From: Octopus vulgaris
Taxonomy: Eukaryota
Length of the DNA stretch: 64,000 bases
NCBI GenBank assembly: GCA_951406725.2
Contig: OX597830.1
Location: 37,572,001-37,636,000 of the forward strand
Direction of reading: 5' to 3'
Shown here: in pieces, positions 13,370 to 26,490 of the stretch
Position numbering within the stretch: position 1 is the first letter of the stretch
Layout of the letters: each line of letters starts with the position of its first letter
The notes under the pieces: model-generated
Told to the model about the DNA's origin: nothing
Seen by the model: the letters and a program-made list of their open reading frames with translations, nothing else
The model's database searches: none
Made by a program: the position numbers and the translations under genes

Positions 13370-13730
13370 TCATCCGGGCTCCATATAATTCCTGAGGGTC
13401 AATATTAGCCCTGAGGCTCCCTATAAGATTTTGGGAGTTCTACACAGCAAAATAGTAACTTGGGGATCCACGATAATATTTTAAGGGTCCTTGAAAAGAA
13501 TTTGTTTTAGATATATGATATATTGGTATATATTGCTAGGGAAATCTCGGTTTCTTTCTCTAACAGTTTACCTTGTTCCAAATACACAAGTTAACGGTGT
13601 AAAGCAAAGTATGAATTCTGACGGACGTTTCTATAAACCTAATTTTTAAACACCGAATGGCTATGGGGATCATTAGAATAGAATAGTAATTAAAAAGAGT
13701 CCATAGTTAAAAAATGGCTTTGAACTAAAC
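13370..13730. mobile_element. Degenerate MITE-like DNA transposon (possibly hAT-derived)
   Basis: Repeated GGGGATCC/GGGTCC subterminal motifs and an end resembling GTCCATAG..AAAAATGG..GAAC. TIRs are eroded. Confidence 0.35.
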
Positions 13731-14391
13731 TTTAGTCGAACAAATCAAACTCCGTACGTCTTTTTTAGTGCTTAGGATGTCATTTGCCGAAACGCTACGT
13801 TACGGGGAGGTAAAGAAAGCAACACCTTTAGAAAGGCGATGGTCGAATCAAACGCTAGCAGAAAGACACATACATTCATACACCTACGCGCTCGCACACA
13901 GACACACAGACACACACACACACGCATATATATAATTGATAAATTTGGAGTCAACAAGAAGTACGGTTGGACATTTATTGGCAATCATTATAATTGTTTC
14001 TGTGCAACGTAGTTCTTCAGGCTTGCAGGTACTTAATTATGCAACCATGTTCTTGCATTATGTGATCTAGTTGTGTTTCCTCAAGCAGTACATAAATATT
14101 ATCGGCATCAAGAGCATCCTGTTTGTTTGCTGTACCTTGGCTTAGTATGAGCCACTGCGTGTATCAAGTGATATTTTGTGGCTGAATGTCCTTTGGCAAA
14201 GGACCTTCAGCCATAACACATCACTTGATAAGAATTTTTCTTTCAATTATCTATTCATACACTACAGAAACCCAACCGCTACCAAATTCATTCACAAAAA
14301 CATTGTCCGTTCGGGGATATAGTAATAGATACTTGCCTAAGTGGTTGCAAAGCGAACTTCTTAGCCACACTGCTATGCGTCTGCCTATGTA
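13730..14391 (-). mobile_element. Old SINE family A copy split into two halves
   Basis: 3' half at about 13730-13930 and 5' half at about 14265-14391, both matching family A, separated by about 330 bp of other sequence. Confidence 0.5.
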
Positions 14392-15223
14392 TTAGTAATT
14401 TCTTAAATATAATCTATCTATATATATTTCTTTTTAAATATAGATATGAATACATCATTCACATTATTAAATATATACAGCTGATTCAAAGTGGATATTT
14501 CAAACCAGATAACATAAAAATTCTATTTTCATCTCTAGTTTGGTTATGTTTATATGACATCTATGGCTAACCTTTTAAAACTTCATGAACGCACCAGATT
14601 TCTCTTCTAACTGTCACATGTCGTGATGTTTCAAGATTTTGGATAATATCAGTCAGAATTAATGTGAACGAAATGTAATTTTCGCTAGTGTCTTGACATG
14701 AGAACAAAGTTATTTTCTCGCCAATGTCCCACATCTAATCATCCAATGCCCAATTGAATTTCAAAACTTGTGTGGGAAATGAGATGATGCATTCTAAACA
14801 TCTCTCAGTTCGGAAATAATGCGTTATTTCGCAAGGAATTGTTTCGCTGTCACGTTTTATTTCTTTTTACAAAAAAGTATTGCTTAGGAAGAGGATCTAT
14901 CGATTTTTAAAATATAAAGGAAATTTGATGGTTATTATAAGATGATTGCATTCGTGAGCGATAGTTTGTCGCCGTTCTCGTTTATGACGTTGATAATTCG
15001 ACCTAGGTTAACCATGACATGTTTAGACGTATGTTCAAAGTTATTCCAGGCTTGATTTATCCAGTTTGTTATACAAACTTAGTGTATAGTGAACAAATCT
15101 TCATATGTATAAATGGAATCATATACATATTTATACACACACACGCATACACATATACGTATATAATGTGTGTGCATACATGGAGTACACACACATAGTT
15201 TTATATTGGATTACACATATATC

Positions 15224-15289
<66 letters not shown>

Positions 15290-15312
15290 ATCTATCTATC
15301 TATCTATCTATC

Positions 15313-15372
<60 letters not shown>

Positions 15373-15441
15373 CATATATACATATATAGATAGATATATA
15401 GGGATATATGCACATATATATATGTAACCCAATACAAAACC

Positions 15442-15512
<71 letters not shown>

Positions 15513-15620
15513 GGAATGAGAGAATGAGAAAAGGACAGAGAGAGAGAGAGAGATGTTGCGATGGGTAAATTTCATATTCTTTACTTTGCGCATGCACACT
15601 ATTTTGGATTTTGTCGACTA

Positions 15621-16352
15621 CAGGGTATAGTAGGGTCAGTTGGGGACCGTTTGTAAGAAAAATAGCGCGGTGACGAAATGCCAGAAATTTAGAAATGACA
15701 TGTTGTACCGCTTGTCATTCAAATCGGAATTTCCATTATGAACATTTAAGAGTGTTTGGGGTATTAATCTGAGGACATGTACCGAAAGCGATAGAAACCA
15801 AACATCCGGTCAACATCATGGTGTTTGGAATGATCACTTGTAGTGATGACATTATGCCTCCATTCATCTTCTCACACAGACTCACACTCCACACGGACGC
15901 CTACATCAAGTGCCTGTAGGAAGTTATGCTTCCCTAGGACAAGAAGACTGTGCGCCAGGCCACACAAGAACCCAGTCATGGCTGTCAGACAATTTCTGCG
16001 ACCACATCGCCCCTATAATCTGGCTACCTAATTCTCTAGACTTCAACCCCTTGATTATTATGTCTGGAGCGAGAGTCCGACAAAACTCCTTGTAACACCA
16101 AACATGAGCTGAAGGCAAGGATTATGGCAGCGTTCACCAACTTAAGCAAGGAAAGCAGCCAGAAGAGTCGCAGGCGTTACCGAATTTGTCTGGAGGCCGT
16201 ATTTGAAGCCAATATCGATTTTTTTGAATAAATTCACTCTCTAGTATTTCAAGATATTTTTATGTAAGTTTATTAAATATATTTTTTACAATGAGATGTC
16301 AGTCTTATTTTCCCTTTAGTGTTATTTAGACGAAAATATATTCACCACACCC

Positions 16353-16354
<2 letters not shown>
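15621..16354 (+). mobile_element. Tc1/mariner superfamily transposon, maT (DD37D)-like, internally deleted
   Basis: Ends TA|CAGGGT...ACCCTG|TA. Transposase remnants: KHPVNIMVFGMIT...PPFIF...AYIKCL, CAPGHT.TQSWL, IWLPNSLDFNPL then DY after a frameshift (cf. WPPNSPDLNPLDY). Confidence 0.8.
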
Positions 16355-16404
<50 letters not shown>

Positions 16405-16787
16405 CGTGTGCATACACACATACATACATATTTGGCTTTGCGCGTAAGACTGTGGTCGTTTGTGATATGATCATAGGAGCAGCGTATTGGATTAACAGAA
16501 TACATATATTAGAGAGCATCAGAAATATTGTTTACAGTTACTCCTTACCTTCTGATTTGAAATCTCTCCGGGATTATCTTTGTTTTCCTTTTTGGGAGTC
16601 GATAAAATAAAGTGCCGCTGAAGTGGTTTAGTAACTAGTATCGCCTGAAACTTTCTCTTCCAAATTGCAGTGTAGATGATTAACATACATACATATATGT
16701 TTTCGTACACGGGTATATTAAATGCTTATGAATATATATATTTGTGCATCTACATGTAAATGCACAAATATCTGTATTTACAGATGA

Positions 16788-17003
16788 TACGAGAGGGTCT
16801 GAAAATTCGCTGGCTTTAGTTTAAAGAAAATGCAGTCGGTTCAGTTAAGATTTTATCCAACATATTCTCCCCTCAGGTTCGCACATTTATTGCAGCGGAC
16901 TTTCAGTTTTTCTAGGCCCTGTAAAAGAACTAGGAAGATTGGGCCTACAACGAGACCTTTCGCAAGACTCTTAAAGACGAGCAACGTTTAGCAACCCCTG
17001 GCA
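16788..17003. mobile_element. mariner-derived MITE
   Basis: Imperfect TIRs TACGAGAGGGTCTGAAAATTCGCTGGCTTTA and TTAAAGACGAGCAACGTTTAGCAACCCCTGG, resembling the TIRs of the mariner at 48600-49773. Confidence 0.6.
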
Positions 17004-17736
17004 TGTGTGCATGATACGTGTGCGTTTCCGCACATGCGTGCAAGTTTGGGGCGATGAGTTTGTATGTGCTTGAAATTAATACCCTGAAAGATGACAAGCA
17101 TCATGAAACTCTCCATATCAATTATATAGATGAAAATGCTGATGCATTATTTATTTTAAAATTTAGTATCCAAAATTTACCATGCATCGATCAGCACGAT
17201 AATACGTGTGTTCCAAAGGCAGTTACAAGGAAACATTGCTGTCAGTTTCTTGTCAGATTCTTAGCAAGACATATTCAATTAAAATGGGCAGCAACTTGGC
17301 AAAGCGAGAGAAAATCGTTTGAAACGATTTGTGGTAAGCTTTCAACCTCTCTGCACTGAGGTCAAATCATTCATTATTTCGGCGTCGAAAGTATATAACT
17401 CAAAGTTGGTAACCATTCGTTCGTTCTCAATAGCTCTCTCTCCAAGAAATCGGCTCGGTTCTGAACTGAAGACGGGGAAACTTCAGGGAAGTGAAACTGC
17501 CCCAAAAAGTAATACCAGGAAGTCAATCTCGCGTAATCGTCAAAACCTTATGGTTAACGATGAGGAACATTCGATTTCAGATTTGAATAGTAGCTACGAA
17601 AGTTTCTACTGCCCGCGAATTAATTGGTATACAAACCTATCAATAAAATATATGCATGTATGTATATATGTGGGTGTAGACAAATAAATGTATTTTGCAT
17701 CACGTTATATATAAAAGAAAGATACATAATATGTAC

Positions 17737-17777
<41 letters not shown>

Positions 17778-18240
17778 GTAGGTATTATATCTTACAGTGC
17801 ATCAGAGCGTCGTATACAATAAGCTCATTGTTTTTATCTTATACACATGGACAATGAAAGGTAAACATGCATTTGCATTTGAATATCAGGCTTTATAATT
17901 TTTCCTACAATCATCCTGACACCTGTTGATTACCACGGGTCGATATTTCAATACATAATTAAAAAGTGATTTCAAATACAATATTAGTTCTGCACTAACT
18001 CACTTCGCGTAAACGTTCGTTGCTATGAAATGAATTCTAAATAAGCTGGTGTTGATTTAGAGAGCCATCCCCGCCGGGCTTTATAAAATACTGTCCTGGA
18101 ATATAAAGATGCCTGAAAATGTATTGCCGTTAGCTATGTGGAAAAATCAATAACAGAGTATTTATGGACTTTGAGAAACCAAGCAAAAGGCTTTCTAATA
18201 CTTTGCTCCTGTCACTATTTATGTACTAGATTTGTATCAC

Positions 18241-18312
18241 GCTAAATCTGATTTTATATTTCGTGAGTGAAAGTTAGCTAAATCTGATTTTATATTTCGT
18301 GAGTGAAAGTTA
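18241..18312. repeat. Perfect 36-bp tandem duplication
   Basis: GCTAAATCTGATTTTATATTTCGTGAGTGAAAGTTA occurs twice in tandem. Confidence 0.95.
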
Positions 18313-18408
18313 GGAGTTAATGGCTAACACCTCATTACTATCCACACAAGCGTTCTTAGTTTTACACCTAATTAGACGTTTAACATTGACCTTTTACCAA
18401 ATTATTTC

Positions 18409-18454
<46 letters not shown>

Positions 18455-18641
18455 TTAGTTGTTCAGAGCACAAATTACTGAGTACTATATTTTCACATTT
18501 TAATATTCTTGAGGTAATGAAATTAAACAGAAAATTCCGACGTCGATATATCTCTCTCTTGAGAATATTTTAGTGGAAAATATCAATGCTAAAACCTTAC
18601 AAGTTACTGCCCGATAGATTACTCTTTTCTCCCCAATGCTC

Positions 18642-18695
<54 letters not shown>

Positions 18696-18728
18696 GATCA
18701 AAATAATCGACAAGGTTATCCAGAGGTA

Positions 18729-18818
18729 ATGCAGTAAGATCGTTTCATGCGACTCCGTTTAATTGAACAAAGCAAATATTACAGCAGATTTAAAATGTAG
18801 AGCAATCTTCAGCTGCAT
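18729..18818 (-). ncRNA. Type I hammerhead-like motif with long stem II insert (decayed)
   Basis: The minus strand reads ATGCAG-CTGAAGA-TTGCTC..(about 44 nt)..GAGTCGCAT-GAAA-CGATCT-TA-CTGCAT. Stem I is a perfect 6 bp; the motif lies about 35 bp from (CA)(TA)n. Confidence 0.6.
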
Positions 18819-19264
18819 AAAAATATAGTATTTAGTTAAATTCAAAGGATTCATTTGTATAGTTATTCTATTAAGCAAAATCACAAAGAGGATAAATAGA
18901 TAGACAAAGGACATGTTTCATCAACAACATCATAGTGGTAACTGATATTTTTTCCCACGAATCTGTTATTTAATTTAATTTGCTTCTATGGACCCCAGGG
19001 TAAAAGTTTTTAGTACGTCAACTTTGTTTCTAACTACGTCGGAGATTCTGGAATAACTACAAACATTAGTTAGGAAAATGGGAGAGAAGTGCCACAGGCT
19101 TTCAATTTCCTATTTTTTTAAAAATTGAATTATCAAGGAAGATACCTGGAGATCTCTCATGGATAATATGACACGGAATATTATACACAATTAAACCAAA
19201 TCAAGTGCTTGTTATTTTCAACATGCTGAGTACCCACTCTCAAAGTTTTTATTTTCTCTCTTTT

Positions 19265-19420
19265 TTCTTATGTTTTCTCTCTCTGCTTATTGATTTGTTC
19301 TTTTCTGTGGAAGAACGTAGGCTCGAAACGTAAAAGACTTTCCCACTTCCCGAACGTTAAACTAATACATCGGTCTGTTGTTTACACACCTGTCTTCGTC
19401 TTATGTTTATTTTGTAAATA

Positions 19421-19425
<5 letters not shown>
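19265..19425 (+). mobile_element. Family H1 hammerhead-bearing repeat
   Basis: TCTTTT-CTGTGGA-AGAAC-GTAG-GCTC-GAAA-CGTA-AAAGA at 19299-19337. Homologous to 13-168(-) and runs into (TA)n. Confidence 0.7.
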
Positions 19426-19489
<64 letters not shown>

Positions 19490-19624
19490 TAATATATATA
19501 TATACATATATACATACATACACACACACGTGCGTTCACAAGGAAGACGAAATAGAACCTTCAAAGTCAATGGGCTTTCTTTTAAAGGAAACCAAAGCAT
19601 CATTTGTAAACTTCATATATATAT

Positions 19625-19659
<35 letters not shown>

Positions 19660-20044
19660 CATACACATACACACACCTATATATAAATACATACATATTG
19701 TGACTGATAGGTCAAAAGATTATCGGTGAAACTTATAAAAATAAAACACACACCAAGTTAAAACCGAGCCTGCCTGTTTGTTGTCAGGACCCGAAGGTGG
19801 TTAGAAATATACAATAGAAAGAGGGTATCTATGAACCATTGAGAAAGTTTTTGCAAATCCAGTACCCAACATACATTTTCAGCATTCTACCTATTATCAT
19901 TGTGGCCACAGGGTACATGCTAACCTGCCTGCAGCGAATTATGCCTGAACTTTTGTTCTTGAGGGCAGAACGCAAATTCATACGAATGATCACGATATCG
20001 GAAAATATAAAAGTCTGCAAGACATACATACATACATACATACA

Positions 20045-20598
20045 TGGTGGCTTCCCCCTCGTTATCGAGTATGGCCATTGCGCGAAGCTTAATCAATGTT
20101 GTTATCGTACAATGCCTGTGCAAGAAGATTTTTTTAAAGTGAGGAAAGGCTGTGCCCTGAGTGAATGCCACTCACTAAGCAACAGCAGCCATAATCCGAA
20201 AAGAAGAGCAAGTCAACATCATCGGTAATCACTGAGCCGCAGGTTTTATGTCGGAGTTATCCCAGTTACCTGAGTTACCTTCTCCTAGAAGGATGCCCTA
20301 ACAAGGTCTAGGAGTCCTTCACTCCCAATGGTTTAACCGCGCGATCAGGTATTCAGTCCGATTATTTCTATATCCCCGCGCGTTTACAACCTTAAGACCT
20401 TTATTGGATGGCCGTTGACTCTCAAGAGTTCCTCTGACGTTTGACGGGTCTTGTTTTTCATCCCGCGGGGTGTCCAATAAACACCCTCCTCACCAAGCAA
20501 GCTTGGTGTGGTTGCCGGTTTAGTCATCGACGACCCGACCATGCAACAGGTTGTACTGTGTTACATGTTACCAGTAGCACTCGAAAGTGACCTGACAT
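20045..20598 (-). mobile_element. Non-autonomous LINE derivative (RTE-like 5'UTR joined to a 3' end) between tetranucleotide microsatellites
   Basis: GC-richer 550 bp block bounded by (CATA)n and (CATC)n/(CATA)n. The minus-strand 3' end runs into (ATGT)n. No tRNA head and no ORF. Confidence 0.5.
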
Positions 20599-22367
20599 CC
20601 ATCCATCCATTCATCCATCCATCCATCCATTCATACATACATACATACATACATACATACCTTCTTAGGATTTCAAGGATTAGGATGAAAAAAAGATGCT
20701 TTTCTTTATAACACTGCTGAAATTTAGTCTAATTTCATAACCCAGTTAAAACTTACTCTAATCTTAAAAGAGAAAGAGAATGTACCTACCTACCTACCTA
20801 CCTACCTACCTGCCTACCTACCTACCTGCCTATACATACATACATTTGATCACATGTTTCACACAACACTACTAATTGTAATTATTTTATTTCCTGCAAG
20901 AGGTGCTACAATGTTAAAATTCAAGCATTGAAAAATATGAAAGAACAAAAATCTATAATCTGTTTTAGTGTTTGTTATTTTAATAATTGGACTTTTTTGT
21001 TTCTTGATCAGTCTTGCATATAACTGAAATTTATTTCGTTGGTGTTGATATGTAAACAATAGGTTATTCTAGATAGACGGAAAATTAATATTATGTCTGA
21101 CAAAATATAATACTAAATACAAAGAAATATCTTATCATTACATTCATGTGTAATTTTGATGTTATAATCTTTATTTGTAGCATTTGTTTTGTAAAACTCC
21201 ATTGTGATATATTGGACAATGTATTCTAATGAAACAAATCTGCTATTATGAGGTATATTCTCTTCAGGGGTTATACTATTAACAAAAGAACTTTATACAT
21301 ATCAAATATAAATGTTATTCAAATGAAACACATAAAAACACGTAATTCCACCTTTAAATGCTCTATAATCATATGGAGATAGAAAATTGATTATAGAATT
21401 ATGCGAACAAATTCCTAGATATTCGTTTAGACTTAACATATATATTGATCTTTGAGACATATATTATTGATTATATATAGATTATTTGAGTGGTCTCTGA
21501 TCTCTAGCTAACTAATTCACGAGTTAAGTTTGCTAAATGACTAGAACATTTATTGCACGGAAATCCCATTACGCTTTGAAACATAAACAGTCCCACTTGC
21601 ACACAAATTTACGCACCATAAATCTAAGAAAATAAACTTAGTCAATAATTTAAATATCATTCGATAATAATGTGCAAATATCACGAAAGTCTCAATCCGG
21701 AAAATGATGACTACAAATAAAGCTAATTCTATGCTAGGAAGTTAACTGTCAATTTTATTTCTTCAAAGATTTGTAGCTAGTTGGCTTGGTATGGTGCCGT
21801 GTTACGAGCAGGTGAGACGCCTATAGTGTACACCAGTGAAATATACAGATATCAGAGAACCAGTAAAACATTTTGGCATTTCGAACCAACTGTTCTTATA
21901 TGTCTTCTTGTTCAAGAATTGTGATATAGCAGAAATAAATATCGAATTAGAAGGGAGGAATTTCGAAGATAATTTGGTTTAGTATGAATTTTGCACATTT
22001 TATGAGCAATCAAATTAGCTCATTGTATACATTATTCAGCTACACTGAAACACGACGGAAAAGTGCAAATGATGGGACCGAATGGGAAATAAAAGCGACC
22101 GTAATGAAAGTTAAAAGTACAAAGAATAAAACAAAAATGAGAGAAGAGCGAACAGCAAATGACCCACTGAGAGTAAACGGTGCATATTCATATAGGTATC
22201 TTTGAAGTATGCAATGTCCTTACAGCTAACAGACGGTGCAGGTAAGTTATTTCATTATTCGACAATTAAAAGCGTTAAAATCTGCTTTCGAATGGTTGTC
22301 CATTTATAAACAAAATTTAACCATGTTCTACAGTTCCTGAACTTCAGACGCATTGAATTCACTATGC

Positions 22368-22563
22368 TCTTTTACTCTTTTTACTTGTTTCAGTCATTTG
22401 ACTGTGGCCATGCTGGAGCAGCGCCTTTAGTCGAGCAGATCGACCCCAAGAATTATTTTCTGTAAACCTAGTACTTATTATATCGGTCTGTTTTGCCGAA
22501 CCGCTAAGTTGTCAAGCGATGTTGGGGAGACAAAAACAGACACACGCACACACACACACACAC

Positions 22564-22621
<58 letters not shown>

Positions 22622-22776
22622 GACGGGCTTCTTTCAGTTTCCATCTACTAAATCCACTTACAAGGCTTCGGTCGACAAGAGGCTATGGTAGAAGACACTT
22701 GCCCAAGATGTCACGCAGTGGGACTGAACCCGGAACCATGTGGTTTGTAAGAAAGCTACTTACCACACAGTCAGTC
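22368..22776 (-). mobile_element. SINE family A
   Basis: Near full-length reverse-complement match to 38282-38818, with an internal (CA)(TA)n. Confidence 0.9.
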
Positions 22777-23019
22777 AATTATGTAATGGGAAAGATGTAG
22801 AATAATCTTGTGAGCTAATACCAATTTTATTGAGGTATTCTTAGATTGCCTGATAGCATATAATCTACTCAGTCGATGTAAATATATAATTTGAGAGTGG
22901 AAAGTGCGCTAGTTTGATAATTAAATGGGAAGATTTTGAAGAAAACTAGAGAATAAAAATTCCAAATGGGTAGATAGTGATAGTAAATGAGAAAGGACAG
23001 TGGCGTAAGTATTTGGGAA

Positions 23020-24590
23020 TACTGGAGAGAGAGGAGGAGACGAAGCTAATTACATATAGGGAACACAAGCACCACCATCGCAGCCCCGACGGGCACCAAC
23101 ACCAACACCAAGAGCAAAGCTCCACACCACCACCGACCTGGAGGTTAACAACACTAGGCCCCCGCGTCACGGAATGCACAAAATCTCTATTATTGCTCAG
23201 TCTCGAGTACAAGTTCATCTTGACTCAAACGCTTATCGAAAAGTTGAAGCTTGTCATCTAGCCCAACTTAACTTGGACAGCGTACAAGCTCAAATGGGTC
23301 TCTAGCCCTGGCGCTCCATCTGTCACCACTACTCGGGGAACTCATCATTCCACTCGCTACAAATACAATGTGTACCACCCTGACATCACACCTAACCCGC
23401 TACCCACCAACCCACTTTTGGACGGTACTCACTCTGGGCTGAAAGAGTTTATTGTGACCATCCTGGAGAGACTGCTAATTTCTTCCCATCCTGACTTTCT
23501 AGATCACGAATCACTATACTAAGACAATTCAAGTAAAGGATTCTGGTCTACCTTACCTCGGAAAAAAGCAAAAACTTTTGTGTCATCACACAGATAACAT
23601 ACAATAATTTAATGTTCCAACACCTTAACAACAAAAAAATCTACACAAAAGTCACTGGTGTTACTGCGACCATACTGGAGGACCTGACCAACAACACCGG
23701 ATCCAACATTAGTAATGGGTGTAAACTTATAGCGAGGATCAACAAAATACCTAGATTTTACCATCTAATCAAGACCCACAAAAAATACCTAACCTCCAAA
23801 GCAGACCCATAGTTCCTGGCATAAAGGGATCATATTACAAAGCCACGTGACTCCTATCCAGAATTCTGACACCTTTACGAACTAATGAATCATTGAAAAA
23901 GAGAAAAGCAAGAAGCCGAGAAATTTCTATCCGTTGCAAGTCGACCCTCCCTATCAGTGTTAAGGACGGCTACATACAAAATGAGACCGGCTTTATACAG
24001 AAGAGATGCAGTGACAGAGTCAGCCGGGCTACAAATGTGCTTGATGTCAACGGATACTCAGCGCCCGATGCAAACACCCTACATGATTACACACCGAATA
24101 AACGTAACAATAGGAATATCTTTAGGATATGCTTCCTGAGTATTCCCCAATTTAATGAAAGGACTCCCTTTGCCGTCTGTAAGGTCATCAGTAGGGAACC
24201 TCGACATCACTTAGCCTTTTTGGTATCGTCCCTGTGTAGACACCAGTTAACGAGCATGTTACATACAAAATAGCACCCTGTCTACTAGTGAAGGGTCCTA
24301 CACCTGACACGGATAAATGTGTACGAATATACGTAGTGTACCAAATAGATTGCTCCAGATGCGGCGTCTATTACATCGTTAGTACTATCCAACCGCTCCA
24401 CATCCGACTGAAGGAGCTCCTGTGTATCAACACGTGTTCCTTCCACAAACACATAACCAAAACCGGCAAAACGATCAAAGAGATACACGCCTTCATATTG
24501 CCCTTTTGAAAGAATACTGGAAATCTCCGTATCAAGGAAGCCTTTCTGATCCACGAAATCAAAAGTCGATTCAGTTGGTTCAGTGGCTTC
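23020..24590 (+). mobile_element. Penelope-like retroelement fossil: N-terminus, partial RT, GIY-YIG endonuclease
   Basis: LLLSLEYKF (N-terminal), KIPRFYHLIKTHK (PLE RT start), thumb region STLPISVKDGYIQNE...VLDVNGY, and VVYQIDCSRCGVYYIVSTIQPLHIRLKE...LRIKEAFLI (GIY-YIG). Many stops and frameshifts. Confidence 0.85.
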
Positions 24591-25109
24591 TATAAATATA
24601 TTATGGAACGGTGCTTACATCACTGCGACCACGAAACAGCATCTTCATCACTGCGGTGGTGATTAGTCCTGTTACCAATCAGCATTTTATTCGCTACCAA
24701 CACACCCTCCACACCGCTGTTGCATGTCGCAAGGAGGACTATTTGCTGGCGACAGCCAACAATCAACTTGTCAACTTCTACTCTAAGGATATACACCAGC
24801 CACGCTATCACCCACTACTATTACGACATTTATCGTCATTGCCAACTATGCCGATGTCGACACCACCACTGACTACTACAACTACCAGATAATTCCACCA
24901 GCATTGACATCTACCATCACCAGCACTGGTGCAAACCTACAGCCAGCCTTCTATCACCAACCCCAGTACCACCTTTCCCAATGTGACCTCTACAACATCA
25001 ATAACAGCAGCATTTAGGGAGTTGTTGCTAGTAGCAAAAGCCACTACCCATCTGGCTATCCAAAATGACAGGACATGTGTAAATATATAAATGTTGCTGT
25101 ATTTTTGAC

Positions 25110-25152
<43 letters not shown>

Positions 25153-25204
25153 GTGTGTGTGTGTGCGTGTGTATAAGTATGTGTGCGTGTGGGTGTGTAT
25201 GTGT

Positions 25205-25242
<38 letters not shown>

Positions 25243-25949
25243 TGTATGCGACATCTGCGGTTGTCTGCTTAAAATGAGTTGGCAGAAAATTCATTATTCC
25301 TAAAAATATTGGACAAAGTTATGTGTTAGTCATTAACATAGTAGACTGTACCAAAATGTTCATATATCGATAATATATTAACCGCAACAACCCACCAACC
25401 ACGTATGATGTATTACCACCATGCTAGATTAGGAAATACCCAAGTATGTGAATGTGATAAATTAGTCATCAGAATCGAAGAACAATCATTAAAAACGCAC
25501 AGGAAGCAGAATTACATTAATCTCTCCTGAATTTTCTCATGAAACAAAACAACAAACTCTCATTTTTCAATCGAATTACTAATATGGTACGGCACACGCT
25601 TTGATTAACTCTTATATAATCCATTTATAAATATCATAGCAAACACTTTTCGTTATTTTTCAAGCTAGTACATAAATCGTTTCAGAACAGCATCCGATAT
25701 TTTGTAAAATTCACTAATGCAGCTTATATGATGTTGTTGGACATTTATATTGAACGTAGTTTCTGATGCACATAAGCATATTTTTAATTCCATTTGTAAA
25801 TTTACTCCAGACTCATCCACAGATCTTGCCTGACAATCAACTGGCACGGGTACGCAAAAATATTACGCCAGTCTGGGATTTATACCAAACTTTGATATTA
25901 TATTCTCTTTTCAATAACCAAGACTTGTACCCCACAAGACTAATTATTT

Positions 25950-26490
25950 TTATCATCATGGCAGGATCCCAATCCGGGCTGCAACAACAAAGTCCACCCG
26001 CCACAAATCTTGGTTCATCATCCCTGCCTCGAGGTCCTGGATACATTCCGGACCAGTGTCTTCGATCAAGTTGTCGATGTGTGACGACGTTTTCTTCTTA
26101 CATCACCAGAGGGCTAATTACCTCTAGTTTGGATGCTTCCAAACCAAAATGGCGCACACAATGTCCAGATAGTTGCAGTCGTCTTTGCCTGATCTTCTTG
26201 CTAACATGCAGCAGGTCTCCACAAAGGCATTTGTTTGTCATATGTGTCAGTCATTTCACATTTAGGTCCATTCGTAACATTCTTTTATAATATCCATTTT
26301 GTCAGTTTCATAATTTCTCTGTCGGTGCACATGTTTCACTGCTGTAGCATAACATTTCGATTTCTCTGGACATTCGTCAGTTTGGGACAGGCTGTCCATA
26401 TTTGTGCCTTCGTGATTTTGATGTCTATTTCTGAACTACCTACCCAACCACCGAACTACTTTGAAGTTTTAAGCAACGTTCAATGTATTT
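25950..26490 (-). mobile_element. RTE/RTE-X LINE 3' ORF fragment
   Basis: The minus strand reads SSEIDIKITKAQIWTACPKL...LCYSSET...GYYKRMLRMDLNVK...SKKIRQRRLQLSGHCVRH. Confidence 0.8.

Noticed and set aside
17080-17115. Hammerhead-like CTGAAAGATGA..TCATGAAAC
   Set aside because: There is an extra base in the core and no stem I partner; could be chance.
17474-17525. Cluster of NF-kB/ETS-IRF-like motifs (GGGGAAACTT, GGAAGTGAAACT, AGGAAGT)
   Set aside because: Short motifs are expected by chance, and there is no linked gene or conservation evidence.
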